Shown: positions 25,358-41,338, numbered from the stretch's first letter. The stretch is DNA of 64,000 bases from the human T2T-CHM13v2.0 reference genome, Homo sapiens (GCF_009914755.1 NC_060947.1); one strand, 5' to 3'. Made by a program: numbers and translations. The notes: generated by a model from the letters alone, not told the origin.

Positions 25358-26368
25358 TATTTTGACCAGGACCAAGGTGAAGGGCTCTGGAGCTCAGTGT
25401 GGAGGTGACCAAAGTAGAACAGAGGACAAGCCTGGGTGAGTGGCTCAAGCCAGGAGATCCTTTTTGCAGTGAGGGGCTGGCATACCTGAAAATCCTCTGA
25501 GATTCTCTCCAGAGGTCCCTGGACATTTTTGGGGGTGTGGGGGGATCTCTGTGTGCTCAGACTGACTATAGCAGAAGGACCTTACCCCCAGGTAGCTGTC
25601 TTCAAGAAGAGCTCCTCATGGGCCCATCCAACATGCTCGTGTCCTATTGCTATGTTTATGCCGTAGATGGTTGTTTTTCAAGCAAAAGTCCCCAGTTCGC
25701 AGATGAAAAACAACTTGTTTTGAGAGCACGCATTCCTGAGATCTTCAGGCTCTTCCTTTGGGCTGACTGTTGAGAAGAAATTAATTTTGAGGGTGGGAGG
25801 AATTGGTGAGGAGGTTGGGAACAGATCCATGGTGAGCGCAGGGAGTGTTTTCTCTAATTTGGTTTCTCTGCCCACTCATGAACGCTTACAGTGTTTACCT
25901 GATCATCAGTCTGCTCAGAAAACAAATTTTAAAAGCATACTTTTTTGTTCTCAAGTTATTTTCTGCTCACTGGCTGTCTACTGGATCTTGCCTTAAGATG
26001 CAGAGAAAGATGCCCCAGACCTTGCTCTGGGGGATTGAAATATCAGAGCAATGAGAAGAAAAGGTCTAGAAGCAGCAATGGCGACAACCACCCAGAAAGT
26101 CAATGTTACTGGCAGAGAGTAGGGAAGGGATTCTTCTTTCGCTGTCTTTCCTTTTTTTTCCTCTTTCTCTTGCTTTCCCTTTTTATCTTCTTTGTTTTCG
26201 CTTGTCATTGGGGGTGGGGAGCAGAGGCAGAAACGCCACATGTGTCCTCAGTAAAACTTTCCAGAAGGAGAGAGATCTGTGAAGTTTCAAAAGAGAAGAA
26301 TGACCATTTTGTTGACTTTGTTTTCTGTGCAGGTGAGGTGTGGGTGCCACACCTACATACACATACCT

Positions 26369-26400
<32 letters not shown>

Positions 26401-26415
26401 GCACGCACGCACACA
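26369..26415. repeat. Compound (CA)n(CGCA)n microsatellite
   Basis: Alternating purine-pyrimidine run. Confidence 0.95.
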
Positions 26416-26551
26416 GAGCCCCAGTTTGAGATCTGAGCCCTGGTGGGATTCTCTGATGTCCACACCCCACCTGACTCAAACCCTAAGGCCCCCTTGGGTG
26501 TTATGATGATGGGGGGTTGCTCTGGGGAGAGGACTGCCCTCCCTGCCCTAG

Positions 26552-26983
<432 letters not shown>

Positions 26984-27304
26984 GGAAGTCTAATTTTGAC
27001 CTTGTTGCAAAAGGTGTGCAATTCAAGGGAAGGATGCAGTCAGAACGGGTTAGGAGAGGATAAGGCTGTCCAGAGTTCTTATTCATCCAGCACTTACCCC
27101 ATGGCAGGCCCGTGTCATCAAACAGCCCCAAGTTCTCTTCTGCAATATCCAAATAAGGCCTTTGTGCCCATAGGATGTGTCTAAGGATTCTCAGACATGC
27201 ACAGTCTCCAGGTAGCTGCAAATCACCTCCCTTGCCCGGCTCCTATTGCCTCCCACCCCTCAGTACTTCCTGCCCATCCTTCATGCTCCCGCCTTACCCT
27301 GAGA

Positions 27305-27545
27305 AGCAGCAGAGCAGATGGTTGTGAATGGGGACTTGCAGTCAGATGGTCTAGTCTGGAATCCCAGCACTACTGCTACCAGTTCTGGGAGCTTGGACAA
27401 GTTACTTAATTGCCCTGTGCCTCAGTTTCCTCATCAGAAAGAATAGCATCTACTTCATTTGGTTGTTATGAGGGCCAATATTTGGGAAGTGATTCTAACA
27501 GTGCCTGCCTAGCATGTAGTAAGCACTGAATACATATTTGTTAAA
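27305..27545 (+). mobile_element. MIR
   Basis: CTTGGACAAGTTACTTAA...GTGCCTCAGTTTCCTCATC...AACAGTGCCTG...GTAGTAAGCACT. Confidence 0.8.
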
Positions 27546-27569
27546 TTAAAATGATTGTACAACTTCCTT

Positions 27570-27730
27570 GCCCTTATGACAGCCCTGTTAGGGTAGGTAC
27601 TATTGTTACCCATTTCACAGCTGAGTAGATAATGGCCTAAATAGATAAGCACAAAGCCACTTAATGGTGGAGCTGTGATTTGAACACAGCTCTGTCTAAC
27701 TTCTCCAAACCACTATTCCATACTGCCTTC
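27570..27730 (-). mobile_element. MIR
   Basis: ACAGCCCTGTTAGGGTAGGTACTATTGTTACCCATTTCACAG...GATTTGAAC. Confidence 0.7.
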
Positions 27731-27744
27731 ATATACAACAAAGC

Positions 27745-28080
<336 letters not shown>

Positions 28081-28418
28081 TAAAGGAGACCAGAGTGTCT
28101 GTACCTTACTCTATAAGTGACCCTGCTCCAGGTTCAGCAGAAAATACAGCTGCTTCTAACGCTGTGGAAAACAGCATGGAGGATCCTTAAAACATTTAAA
28201 ATAATGATCCAGCAATCCCATTTCTGGCTATATACTCAAAGGAATTGAAAGCAAGATCTCAACAAGATATTTGCACACCCATATTCACGGCAACGGTATT
28301 CACAATAGTCAAGAGGCAAAAGCAACCAAAAGGTCCATCAGTAGATGAATGGATAAACAAAATGTGGCATATACGTAGAATGGAATCTTGTTGAGCCCTA
28401 AAAACAAAGGAAATCCAC

Positions 28419-28531
28419 AGTCCTGAGTGTGGTGGTGTTTACAACTAATCGATCACAACCAGTTACAGATTCCTTTGTTCTGTCTCCACTCTCACTGCTT
28501 CACTTGACTAGCTAAACATAAAAAATAAATA
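28419..28531 (+). pseudogene. RNY3: Y3 RNA (hY3) retro-pseudogene
   Basis: GTGGTGTTTACAACTAATCGATCACAACCAGTTACAGATTCCTTTGTTC...CTCCACTCTCACTGCTTCACTTGACTAGC matches hY3; A-rich tail; perfect TSD AAACAAAGGAAATCC (28402-28416, 28533-28547). The symbol is the parent gene. Confidence 0.93.
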
Positions 28532-28835
28532 GAAACAAAGGAAATCCTGTCATATGCAACAACATGGATGAACCCTGAGAACATTATGCTAGTGAAATAA
28601 GCCAGGCACAGAAACACAGATACTGCATGATTCCACTTATACGAGGGATATAAAGTATTCAAATAATTCATAGAAACAGAAAGTGGAATTCTAGTTTCTA
28701 GAGGCTTGGGGGGAAGGGAAATGGGTAGCTGTTGTTTAATGGGTAGACTTTCATTCTTGTAAGATGAAACAGTTCTGGAGATCTATTTCACAACAATGTG
28801 AATATACTTAACACGACATGAATATGGCTAAGATA

Positions 28836-29204
<369 letters not shown>

Positions 29205-29251
29205 CTATTGCTTCTGAATTGCTCAACTTAACACACTCTGACCTTCCATGA

Positions 29252-29494
29252 TTTTTCTTTTTTTTTTTTTTTGAGACAGGGTCTCACTCTATAGCCCAGG
29301 CTGGAGTGCAGTGGCAAAATGTCGGCAAACTACAGGTGTGCACCACTACACCCTGCTAATTTTTTTTATTTTTTTGTACAGACAGGGCCTCACTATATTG
29401 CCCAGGTTGGTACTGAACACCCGGGCTCAAGCAATCTTCCCACCACGGCCTTCCAAACTGCTGGTATTACAGGTGTGAGCTACCATGCCCGGCC
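29252..29494 (-). mobile_element. AluJ with a ~60-bp internal deletion
   Basis: GTGGCAAAATGTCGGC joined directly to AAACTACAGG. Confidence 0.9.
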
Positions 29495-30005
29495 CCATAA
29501 TTATCTTGAAATTTCCCTAGTAGAACACAAATCCTGGACCAGTATATCTGACTCTACCGGGAAGTTGCTAAACCTTCCCAAGGCTATCTCCAAGCAAGAT
29601 GTTTCTTTTTATCTTCTTTCCCCAACCATGCCTAGTTCAGAGACTTTTAAATGCTCTTGGGTCTCCGGACCCTTTTGAGAATCTGAGAAAAGCTACCACA
29701 CTCTCCCTACCTTCACACCCCAAATGCACATATGCATTGACACAACTAATTTTCCTTATGAGTCAGAGGACTCCTTGATAGCACGGGGCCTCTCCATGGT
29801 CCTCTGAGATCCTTACCTCCCTATGCACCACAGGGCTTCCCCTGATTGGCTCAAAGTTTTGTTAGTTACCTCTTTTCCCTCCCAGTGAAATCAAGGAAAG
29901 GGAGAACTTCTTAAAAGGCCACATGTAGCACCTCATCAAGCCCAGAATGGTATTATATTATCTGTGTGACAATTTACTCTAAAACACCTCTATATATGCA
30001 GAGTG

Positions 30006-30010
<5 letters not shown>

Positions 30011-30048
<38 letters not shown>
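30011..30048. repeat. (TG)19 microsatellite
   Basis: Perfect dinucleotide run. Confidence 0.97.
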
Positions 30049-30049
<1 letters not shown>

Positions 30050-31019
30050 TTATACTTACCCTAGGGGTGGTTCGTTAGCATTTGAAAGACCCTAATAGGA
30101 ATCTAAACTCCAGAAGTAATTACTCAGTGCTTCAAATATCCATATCTAAATCTACACCAGAGGGTTCCTTAATTGGCATAGAGATCTTAGAAGTATTAGG
30201 ATATATGGCTTAAGACTGTGGGCTGCGTGCCCTGGTAGGAATGAGGCTAGAGCAGCCACCTGGCACCTTCAGAGCAACACTTTAATCTGGAGATCCATTT
30301 GGTCCTCTATCATCTCCCTATTTTCAGAGGATTGTGGTGCCTCATCCACCCAGAAGTTTGGCTGACAGTCAAGAGAATACCATCGCATCTGCCTCAGAGT
30401 AAATCCTGCATGCAAAGTGTCTATCAGAGGCCCTGAGGACAGAGTGGGGACATTTCCCAGCCTACAGGAACACATTATATCATCATCCTTGTATCTGCTT
30501 CCTAATAATCATATGGCTGGTCAAATTCCATCTGAGGGTTGCTTTCATTCTAATTCACCACCTGGCAGTGAGTGGTAGGGAAGGACAGGTAGAGCCCCTA
30601 CCTATGTTCCTGGCAATTACTGAGGTGACAGAATTGCCTTGGGGATGCCTATGGGTCATCCACATCTGATGAGGCTTTGCTGTATTCAGGGAATAAACTG
30701 TTTCATCCAGACTCAGTTTCTCCCTCTCTCTCCTCCTGGGTCTGGCTCTCTTCCATTGCTGGCTTCATTCTTGGACTCTTCTGGTGATGCTAAGAGGCAA
30801 CATCTCCTCATATTTGCTCTGGTTCAAGTTTGGCATAGAAAGTAAACAGCGTATTTTCCTGAAATCTCTTACAAAAGTCCCCAAAGCCTGACTTGGATTG
30901 TGTGACTGTCCCTGGTCCAATCACTATTGCTGGAGAAAAGATATTCTGGTGGGTCACATGCCACTTCAGATAGGGGTGTCAGCTCCACCAAAACCACATG
31001 GCTTGAGAGTAGTTAGGGA

Positions 31020-31547
31020 TGAGCAGTGGATTAAAGCTGGCCACAAAATCTTTGACACTAGTTCCATTGAGAGATAAGAATCCGTTTCCCTTCCCCTTTA
31101 ATAAAGGCCAGCCCTGTGTCTTGTTTTGGACAATAAAACATGGCAGAAATGACACTGTACATTTCAAAGCTGGGCCTTAAGAAATCTATGGATTTCACTT
31201 TCCCATGGTTAGAACACAGCATCATGGAACACTGTGAGGAAGCCCAAGCAGCCATGTGGGGAGGCCCATGTGAGGGAGAATTGAGGTGCCCGGCCAATTT
31301 CCCCAGCTGATCTTCCAGCCAGCAGCATCCAGGACTATCTGTCAGCCTTGTAGGTGGGGCCATCTTGAGCAGTCAAAAGCAGCTGAACCTTCAGATGCCA
31401 GCAGCACCAGCAGACACCACATGGAGCAGAAGAATCACCCAGCTGAGCCTGGTCAACTCACAGAACCATGAGAAACAATGAATTGTGATTGTTTGAAGTC
31501 ACCAAGTTGTGGGTTCATTTGTTCCATAGTTATAGATAGCTGATACA
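31020..31547 (+). mobile_element. MLT1H/I-like MaLR LTR
   Basis: GGATTAAAGCTGGCCACAAAATCTTTGACACT...CCCAGCTGAGCC...ATAGATAGCTGATACA. Confidence 0.78.
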
Positions 31548-31558
31548 AGGTGGTTCCC

Positions 31559-32250
31559 TGCTATGGTTTGAATGTTTGCCTCCCCTTCAAAATTAATGTT
31601 GAACCTTAATTCCAATGCAACAGTATTAACAGGTGGGGCCTTTTAGGAGGTCATTAGTCCCTGGGGACTCTGCCCTCATGGAAGGGATTAGTGTCTTATA
31701 AAAGGGCTTAAGGGGGGCCGGGCGTGGTGGCTCACACCTGTAATCCCAGCACTTTGGGAGGCTGAGGTGGGTGGATCATGAGGTCAGGAGTTCAAGACCA
31801 GCCTTGCCAAGATGGTGAAACCCTGTCTCTACTAAAAATACAAAAATTAGCCAGGTATGGTGGTGGGCGCCTATAATCCCAGCTACTCAGGAGGTTGAGG
31901 CAGAGAATTGCTTGAACCCTGGAGGCAGAGGTTGCAGTGAGCCAAGATCGCACCACAGCACTCCAGACTGGGCGACAGAGCAAGACTCTGTCTCAAAAAA
32001 AAAAAAAAGGGGCTTGAGGGAGCGAGTTTGCCCCTTCTGTCCCTCCCACCATGTGAGGACACAGGCGTCCCTCCCCTCCAGAGGATGCAGCAACAAGGTG
32101 CCATCCACGAAGCAGAGAGCAGCCCTCACCAGACACTGAACCTGCCGACACCTTGATCTTCAATTTCCCAGCCTCCAGAACTGTGAGTAATACATTTTTG
32201 CTATTTATAAATTACCCAGTCTGTGGTATTTTGTGATAGCGGCACATTAA
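31559..32250 (+). mobile_element. MSTC/MSTD-like MaLR LTR (interrupted by an Alu)
   Basis: TGCTATGGTTTGAATGTTTG...CCAGCCTCCAGAACTGTGAG...TATAAATTACCCAGTCTGTGGTATTTTG. Confidence 0.82.
31716..32005 (+). mobile_element. AluS (Sg-like)
   Basis: Full dimer; near-TSD AAAAGGGCTTAAGGG/AAAAGGGGCTTGAGGG. Confidence 0.95.
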
Positions 32251-32605
32251 ATGTGCTAGATGATAGGCAACAAACAAGAGTCCACCACAATCACCTCCTC
32301 TGTGTAGTCAACCCTGCCTGGCAACTGATGGGCTCAAGAAGACATGGAATTTTCTGCAGCAGCATTCTGGTGTCCACTCATCAGTTTTGTCAGTATCCAG
32401 ACAGTTGCTGTGGCAGCAGCGGCTGTACCCTGATTTGGAGCTCACAGCTCCGGCAGTGGGTTTTTAAGCACAGCTGTTTCTATTGATGGTTTCCTGGCTC
32501 CGGGCCTTCCTGCATGTAGCAAAGATAGCAGCTCCCCTAGTGGGTCAATCCTGCAGGTTCTGAGAGTCCTTGGAAACCCAGCCTAGAGTTTTCATAACAG
32601 CCCTC

Positions 32606-33030
32606 TGTAGTGGGTTACCATGGGGGCCTCTCCAAAGCTATGTCCCTGTCCTAACCTCCAAAACCTGTGCATGTGGCCCTATTCGACAAAAGAGTCTTTG
32701 TAATGTAATTAAGTATCTTGAGATTAGACCAGCTTGGATTACCCAGGTGGGCTCTAAATCCTTATAACAGGCAGAAAAGGGGAAAACACAGAGAGGAGAA
32801 GGCCTTGTAAAGATGAGAGGCAGAAATTGAAGTGATGCTGCCACAAGGAAGGCCAGTAGCCCCCAGAAGCCGGAAGAGGCAAGGAAGGATTCTCCCCTAG
32901 AGCCTCCAGATGGAGTGTGGCCTTGCTGACATTTTGATTTTGGACTGCTGGCCTCTAGAACTGTAAGGGAATCGAGTTGTTTTTAAGCCATCCAGTTAAT
33001 GGTCATTTGCGGCCTCGGGAGACTAATACA
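32606..33030 (+). mobile_element. MLT1B/D-like MaLR LTR
   Basis: TGTAGTGGGTT...GATTCTCCCCTAGAGCCTCCAG...GACTAATACA; flanks CCCTC/CCTTC. Confidence 0.85.
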
Positions 33031-34474
33031 CCTTCCAATGATTCTGTAAGCAATGATTTCCTTGTTTTAAATCCCTTTCTGCTTAAAATGTCTGGAGCAG
33101 TTTCTATTTCTTGCACTAAACCCTGAGCGGTACAACTCCCTTCCCATTCTGGAAATGCAGGACTAGGCAAGCCAGAATACATTTTGTGAGTAGGAACTGG
33201 GGCCGAGGCTGGACAGACTCAGATTTGAGGCTCATAAAATGGTACCATCCCTCCCTCTGCTGTCAGCCTCACAGGCAGATGCACTTCTCCCGGTTCAGCA
33301 GAAGCATTGGTCTTGATAGTCTTTTTACTGCTACTGTGGCAGCAACCATTTATTTTTACTTTAAATCACTCTGCAGCCAGCACCCCGGCTCGCTTCTGCC
33401 AAGAGTCCCACTGCCTCCTCAGTCCGAGAACACAGAGCCAGGCGGGGCCTTTATGATGCCCATCTCTCTTTTCTTTACCCCTTGGAGCCCGATAAAGAGC
33501 TGGAAAGCACCAGAACATGATTGAGTCTTTATTCCGATACCAGTGTCATCACTTCCTAGAGGGCAGCTTGTCTTGGTCTTCATCCTTTTCCCAAACCAGA
33601 GCTCTATATGTTCAAGGAAATGCAGTGGTATGTGTGCCTGAGTGTCCATGAACTTGTGTGCCCGTGGGTGTCTCTGAGCCCATGTACCTGTTCCTGTGTG
33701 TGTATGTGCCTTTCTGGGAGTTTGCCTTTGTGTCTGGTGTCTGGATGTGTGCATCTAGTGGCTGTGGAGAGAGAGTGGCAGGAGAGGAAGTGAAGTGGCT
33801 GTGGTTACTGTTAATACCATAAACTTGAGCTATTGTTTTCATAAATAGGAGGCTGGAGATCGCCTCTTGCTGCTCTTACCACTGTGCTGTTGAAATTATA
33901 TTACCGTGGAAGAATCCTTTCTTCATTCTGCAAGCATAACTGCTTAAACCAGGACAGAGAATTCTGCTCCGTGGAAACTCAGGTGGGATTGGCTTTATCC
34001 GTGGAATTTCTAAGCCAGGGCACTATAGTACCTCATGGGCTTTGTCTTCGGAATCAAACTAGAAACCATAGAATTCTCTGCTACTAAAGTTGAGGTCACC
34101 TCAGTGCTTCCCAATAAATCCCCTGTGGTGCCCGTGTTGATGGTTATGTGTTAAGGACACATTCTGCATCGGGAGCTATTCCAGGCACTGACTTTCCTGA
34201 GAGGAGCTGGGCCCCAGTTGGGACCTCCGGGGCTCTTGATGATCTGATATGGTGCCATCAATGCAAAGAATGATATGAACCAGCATAGAGCTGGGCGACA
34301 TTGAGTGCAATGACATGAGGCCTTTACCCTAGCCTTGGAGGAGGGAGTGTAATCGGGGGAATCTTCCCAGAAGAAGTAGCGCTGATGGGATGTCTGAAGG
34401 AATAAGTAGGGATTAGCAGGAGCCCTTAGAGCTCCCCATGATCAAAGGAGGTGCCTCAGCTCAGGCCAGGATCA

Positions 34475-34936
<462 letters not shown>

Positions 34937-34946
34937 TCACACACCT

Positions 34947-35283
<337 letters not shown>

Positions 35284-35479
35284 TCACCACTCCTCCAGAG
35301 CTCACCCTGGGGTCAGCCACTGTGTCGGTGGCTCCTCTTGGCCCCTCCACATCTCTGCCCACCGTCCTATGCAGGTTCTGCACCCCAGGAGGCTGATCTG
35401 TCCTCCAGCTTCAGGAGACCCAGGCAGAAGCCCTAAGAGCAGGAGGATTTGTCTCCCCAAACTCCTCCCGCTCAGGCCC

Positions 35480-35757
35480 CTGCGTTCTGCTGCCAAAGGC
35501 TACCGCTCCTGTGGGGCTACCCTTCTCCTACCCTGTAATTACTCTCTCTGGATTCTGGAAGCCAACCCTTCTCCTTATTCCTTCAGGGGCGGGGTGATAG
35601 TGGCTTCCTGCCATCGCTGGTCTCCGCTGGCTTCACTCCCCATTCTGGGCTTTCCCCCACCGGCTCTCACCTCTGTAAATAGTCCTTTCATTAAACTCTC
35701 CTCATATCTCCTGGCTGGAAAGTGGCATCTTTTTCCCACCAGGACCCTGGCCAGCAC
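35480..35757 (+). mobile_element. Old ERVL-type LTR 3' fragment (family uncertain)
   Basis: CCTCTGTAAATAGTCCTTTCATTAAACTCTC...CCAGGACCCTG terminus-like motif. Confidence 0.45.
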
Positions 35758-37380
35758 TCTCACCTCCCAACAGAGGGCACTGCCCTCTCCCAGGGTTTGG
35801 GCCCCTTCGATTTCCTGGAGGGCAAGGTGGTGGCCAAGGAGCCATGAAGCCACTGGTGGCTCAGGTCAGCTCTGGTCCCTCCCACTTTGGGCCCAGGTTG
35901 CAGGAAATGGGTTGTCACTTGGTCTTCATGACCAACCCCTGACCTTGGGCGTAGGCTCCTGAAGGGGATCCCGCTTTTGTGCTTAATTCCCTGGCTAGTT
36001 CCAAAGGGACAGGAGGGCCACCTGGATCCCCTCGTGCCTTCAGAATCCTGACTCTGAATTGCCCCCATCAGGCCTGGGGACCTGCTCCTGCTGTGGCCCA
36101 CCCTCTCCCACCCCCAGTGGTACATCCCTCCAACAGCCAGGCCACATCCAGCCCCTGACACCTGCCCTGCTGATCACTCCGGTACTCACTGCTGCAGCGG
36201 CTGCTGGAAGCGGTCTGGAGCTTGGGGCCTGCCATGCTCACCTCCCCATCTGGATATTCCCCAGCCCTTATTCCGGCAGCTGCCTTGGCAGAAGGTTCAT
36301 ATCAAACCTCAGCTTTCCAACCCCTTCAGACTCCTGCCCGTCAGCCATAAGTGCTCCCAAAATGGCGGTGTTAGCTGGAAGACCAGTCTCCACCATGCGG
36401 AGCATCGCCTGGGGCTGAGTGAGCGCCATGACCCTGGGCTCAGCCAGAGGACTGCACCAAAGGCAGCATTTCCAAGTTGATTCAGAGGAGTGAGAGGAAA
36501 GGAATAGAAGTCAAGGGGCAGAGCGGGGCTGAGGAAGGTGGGAGGAGGACAACCAGAGCACCTTCAACAACCTCACCTCCTGCAGGAGAGCAGCGTGCAC
36601 TGTGGGCCAAGCGCTCAATACTTATTTGCATCAGGCGTCGTCACAACCCAAATGATCCCTGCCTTTTAAGGGAGGAAACTGAGAAATGACAGCTTGAGTG
36701 GCTTGCCCACAGTGAGGAAATGCAGTCTGATTCCCAAGTGCACCCTCTATGTCCTTGGCCTTCACGTGCTAACCAGGTCCTGCTACAGATTTCTCAGACC
36801 ACTGACCAGATTTGCCATTTGCCTTGCTCCTGAGTTTCAACTAACAGACAAGCACGAATGGGTCCATCCCTCCTCCGCCCTCAGCTCTGTCTCCCCTTAG
36901 TGGCACCTGTGCTCCAGCCCTGTCCTCCCTCCCTCCCTCCTTGCAGCTCAGAGCATCATGGTCGCAGTCAGGGCCAGGGTCCCAGCAGCCTCTGTGCTGT
37001 CATCTCTTCCATCCATCATGGAGGTTCTCTTGCAGTGTCTGCGTTGAGAAACAAATGTTCTCCTCCTTTAGTAAATCATGTGAAACATCACACTCAGGGA
37101 CAGCTGGTTAGAACAAAAGCTACTACTTTCCTACAAGGTGAGGACATTGGAGGCACAAAATGTATGCAGAGCTGCACACGGGCAGTGCCCAGCTTGCCAG
37201 CTCAGCACAACCTGGCCTCCCTCCACGCGCCCCTCTGCCTCAGGCTCCAGGCCAGCTGGGCATGGTGTCTCCCTCCCCAGCCCTTAAGGAAACAAGGGCG
37301 TCTTTCTGGCTGGTTACCTGGGCACAAAGCAGGCTTGGCAGATACACTCCTCCAGGCACTTCCCAATCACCTCCCAATCA

Positions 37381-37728
<348 letters not shown>

Positions 37729-38894
37729 TCAGAATTCTTACCGACATGGATCCTTCCTTGGAGTTGGGGACAGTAGTGGGTAAAGCAACACTGGCTGTAG
37801 ACTAATCGTGTTATTGGACTCTTTTATAGACTCTTCCCTTTGAGGTGCTGTTTCTTCTCTCTGTCTTCAGGCTCCCAGATCCAGGCCCCCATCCTTCAAA
37901 GTCTACTCTTTGGAATAAATCTCGTGTCAGTCATTTACATGTTAGTATGAATTTGCGTCAATGAAATAATTCTCTCTCCCAGGAGGATTTGCACTGAAAT
38001 CTCTCTGGATGCAAATCATTCTGCAATGATAGATTTTTCCCCATTAGAGGGATTTCAACTTGTAATCTCATAAGGCAGAGAGGCATGGGAGCGGGTATGC
38101 TGCTCGCAGACTGTGAATCTCACAACTTCATCCACTTCTCCTGTTTCCAAATGGTCTAGCTTAGGTTGACTTCTTCTCTCTGTGTTGTCTTACTCTTTCC
38201 AGCTTTTGCTCCTGGGGTTTACAGGTTTTGTCGACTCACCTTTCTGATTCATCTAAGAATCACAAGATTTCAGGTCTGGTGGGACATTGGACATCAAATA
38301 ATCCAGCCCCTTAGTTTCTCAATGAAGACACAGAAACCCAGAGAGAGAAAAGTGACATGCCCAAGATCCCACAGCAAGTTACAGCAGAGCCAAGGCCAGC
38401 CCCTAGGCTTCCTGGCTCCTAGCAATGTCCTTTGCACTTTGCCATGCAAAGACCCATAAATAACTTCCAACCAAATATGGGCAGTCTTTGCAGAGCAAAG
38501 CCCAGGCAGAATGACACAGGCCACTTTTATGTGGCTTGAGAACATCACTCCTAGAAGCATTTTGTCTAGAAAAAGAGGCCCACAGAACCCTCCTTGTGCC
38601 TACAGGGTCTGGAGAGTCCTGAACCAAGCTCACTGTTGTCACTGTCCAGGAAAACACCTCTCCTGAATTTTGCGACAGTGCCTTTAGTTTTGTTTTCCAA
38701 GCAGCCCCTCATCCTTCAAAAGCAGGACCACCCTTGACCATACGCATCAGCCAGCTTTCTTAGTGCTTCCTCACCAGACAGCAGAAGGGCCCTCACCTAT
38801 TTGAGATCAGCCTTGGCCTGAATTGGATCTGGACTTATCCCAGAAGTACAGGCCAAATGCAGAGGACCAGAATCAATATGTAGCCTAAAAAGGG

Positions 38895-39120
38895 ACTAAC
38901 AAGCCCTGGAACCAGACTGCCTGGGTTAAACGCTCACCTTTCCCACCTCCCAACTCCATGTCTTTGGGCTGTTTACTTAACTTTTCTGTGCCTCAGACCC
39001 CTCAACTCTCAGATAGGAGTAACTGGTACCTGCCTCCAGATTGTTTTGACAGTGAAATGGAGTCAATACATGGAAAGCACTTGGAACAGTGCCTGCATAT
39101 AGTAAGCACTCAATTAAACT
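38895..39120 (+). mobile_element. MIR
   Basis: CCAGACTGCCTGGGTTAAA...TTACTTAAC...GTGCCTCAG...GAACAGTGCCTGCATATAGTAAGCACTCAAT. Confidence 0.85.
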
Positions 39121-39132
39121 TACCCATAATGG

Positions 39133-39757
<625 letters not shown>

Positions 39758-40014
39758 TTACCCATAATGTCTTTGGTGCCTCCCTTCAGAACCTCCCAGA
39801 AGTCTCTCCACCTCTTCCCTTGAAACTAAGTACTACAAGTCTTGGTTTAAAAAGGTTGGTGTCAGGGGTGGAGGAACATTAAAAGGAATATGTGCAGAAA
39901 TTTCTGAAATTTATCCAAAAAACAGATTTACTGGCCATACCCACTTCCCACTTCATCCTGACATCAGGTTGAACCAAACCAAGAAAACTAATAAGATAAA
40001 CAATGTTGCGCACG

Positions 40015-40036
40015 TGTGTGTGTGTGTGTGTGTGTG
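40015..40036. repeat. (TG)n microsatellite
   Basis: Short perfect run. Confidence 0.9.
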
Positions 40037-40807
40037 ACACAGTTGTGGGAGTTTTTTCCCCCTTGCTTGAAATTAGCATTATTCTAGATCAGGTTGTTAT
40101 CCCATAATCTTTTATTTATTTTTGACATGTTCCTTGTTTCTCACACACAGTTTTGTTAGTGCTGAGAAATACAATAATGAGGAAAAGAAGGTAGGCTGCT
40201 CGAAGGGGGCCTATGCTACATAAATATTTTAAGTTTCAAACAAACTTGAGTTCTGCACACGCGGCTCTCTTTAATCTCATGCTTTTACACTGTGGAGCAG
40301 TAAATCTGCGCAGCTCTGAGCTGGCCACCAGCATGGCCCAGAAACATCATTCCCTCCCCTCCTGCGTCGTCTGGGTACAGATTTTCAGTGGTGGTTGGGG
40401 AACCACGGTGCAGAAGCTGCTGTCCAAGCAGCTTGTAGAGCCCCAGTGGCCACAGTTTAGTGTTTATGGGTTCAGGGTAGACTGAACAGCCAGCTGTCTG
40501 CAGCAGGAAAGTCCCTTGGCCAAAAAATATATCCCCTACTGGTCTGTGGTAAATGCCTGAAATTCCACCATTAGCAATGCATTCCTTTGGTTATGCCCCA
40601 CCATTTGAGCCACAATTTTAAAGTGAAAATGCTCCTCAGGGGACTAACACATGGAGACCCTGACACTTTCAATGAATAAGTGTTTCAGATCGGTTTCTGA
40701 GAGAGGAGGTGAGCCCTTGGCTGCCTCCCTGGTAGGAGTGTGGCTGCAGGCAGGGGGGAAGGAGTAGAGAAAGGAAGGGGTGGGGGCCTGGAGGGCTGTG
40801 GGCAAAC

Positions 40808-41338
40808 TTGGGCAGCTGAGCCATTATGACGCCTTTAAAACAAGGCCTCAATTCTCTGACACTCCTTCCAATTGGAGGTGGGGTCTATATCCTCTCCCTT
40901 GAATCTGGGTGGGCTTGTGACTGCTTCAACTAATAGAGGATGGCCAAAGTGCCTCAATGTAACCTCCAAGGCTGAATCATAAACGCCAATGCAGCTTCCT
41001 CCTGGTTGGCTGGAGCCCCAGGTCATGGTGTGAGAATTCCAGCTACTCTGAGAACTATATGCTGGAAAGATCACTCTGGTAGACGACACTAGATTAGCCT
41101 AGCCTGCCAGCCATCCCTGCCTAGGTTCTAGATATGTAAGTGAAGCCTCCAGAACAAGCCATTCACTAGCTGAATACCACCGAGAGACCTCCCTCAATGC
41201 CTTTCGAAGCAGAAGAGTTGTGTAGTCAAACCTTGCTCGAATTCTTGACCTAAAAAATTGTAAAATATAATGAAATTATTGTTCTTTTTAGCCACCTGGG
41301 ATTAGAGTAGTTTGATATGCAGAAATAGTAACTGGATC
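40808..41338 (+). mobile_element. MLT1G/H-like MaLR LTR
   Basis: GAGGTGGGGTCTATATCCTCTCCCTTGAATCTGGGTGGGCTTGTGACTGC...AATAGTAACTGGA. Confidence 0.78.

Noticed and set aside
35369-35962. 197-aa ORF
   Set aside because: Runs through an old LTR fragment; no recognisable homology or exon structure.
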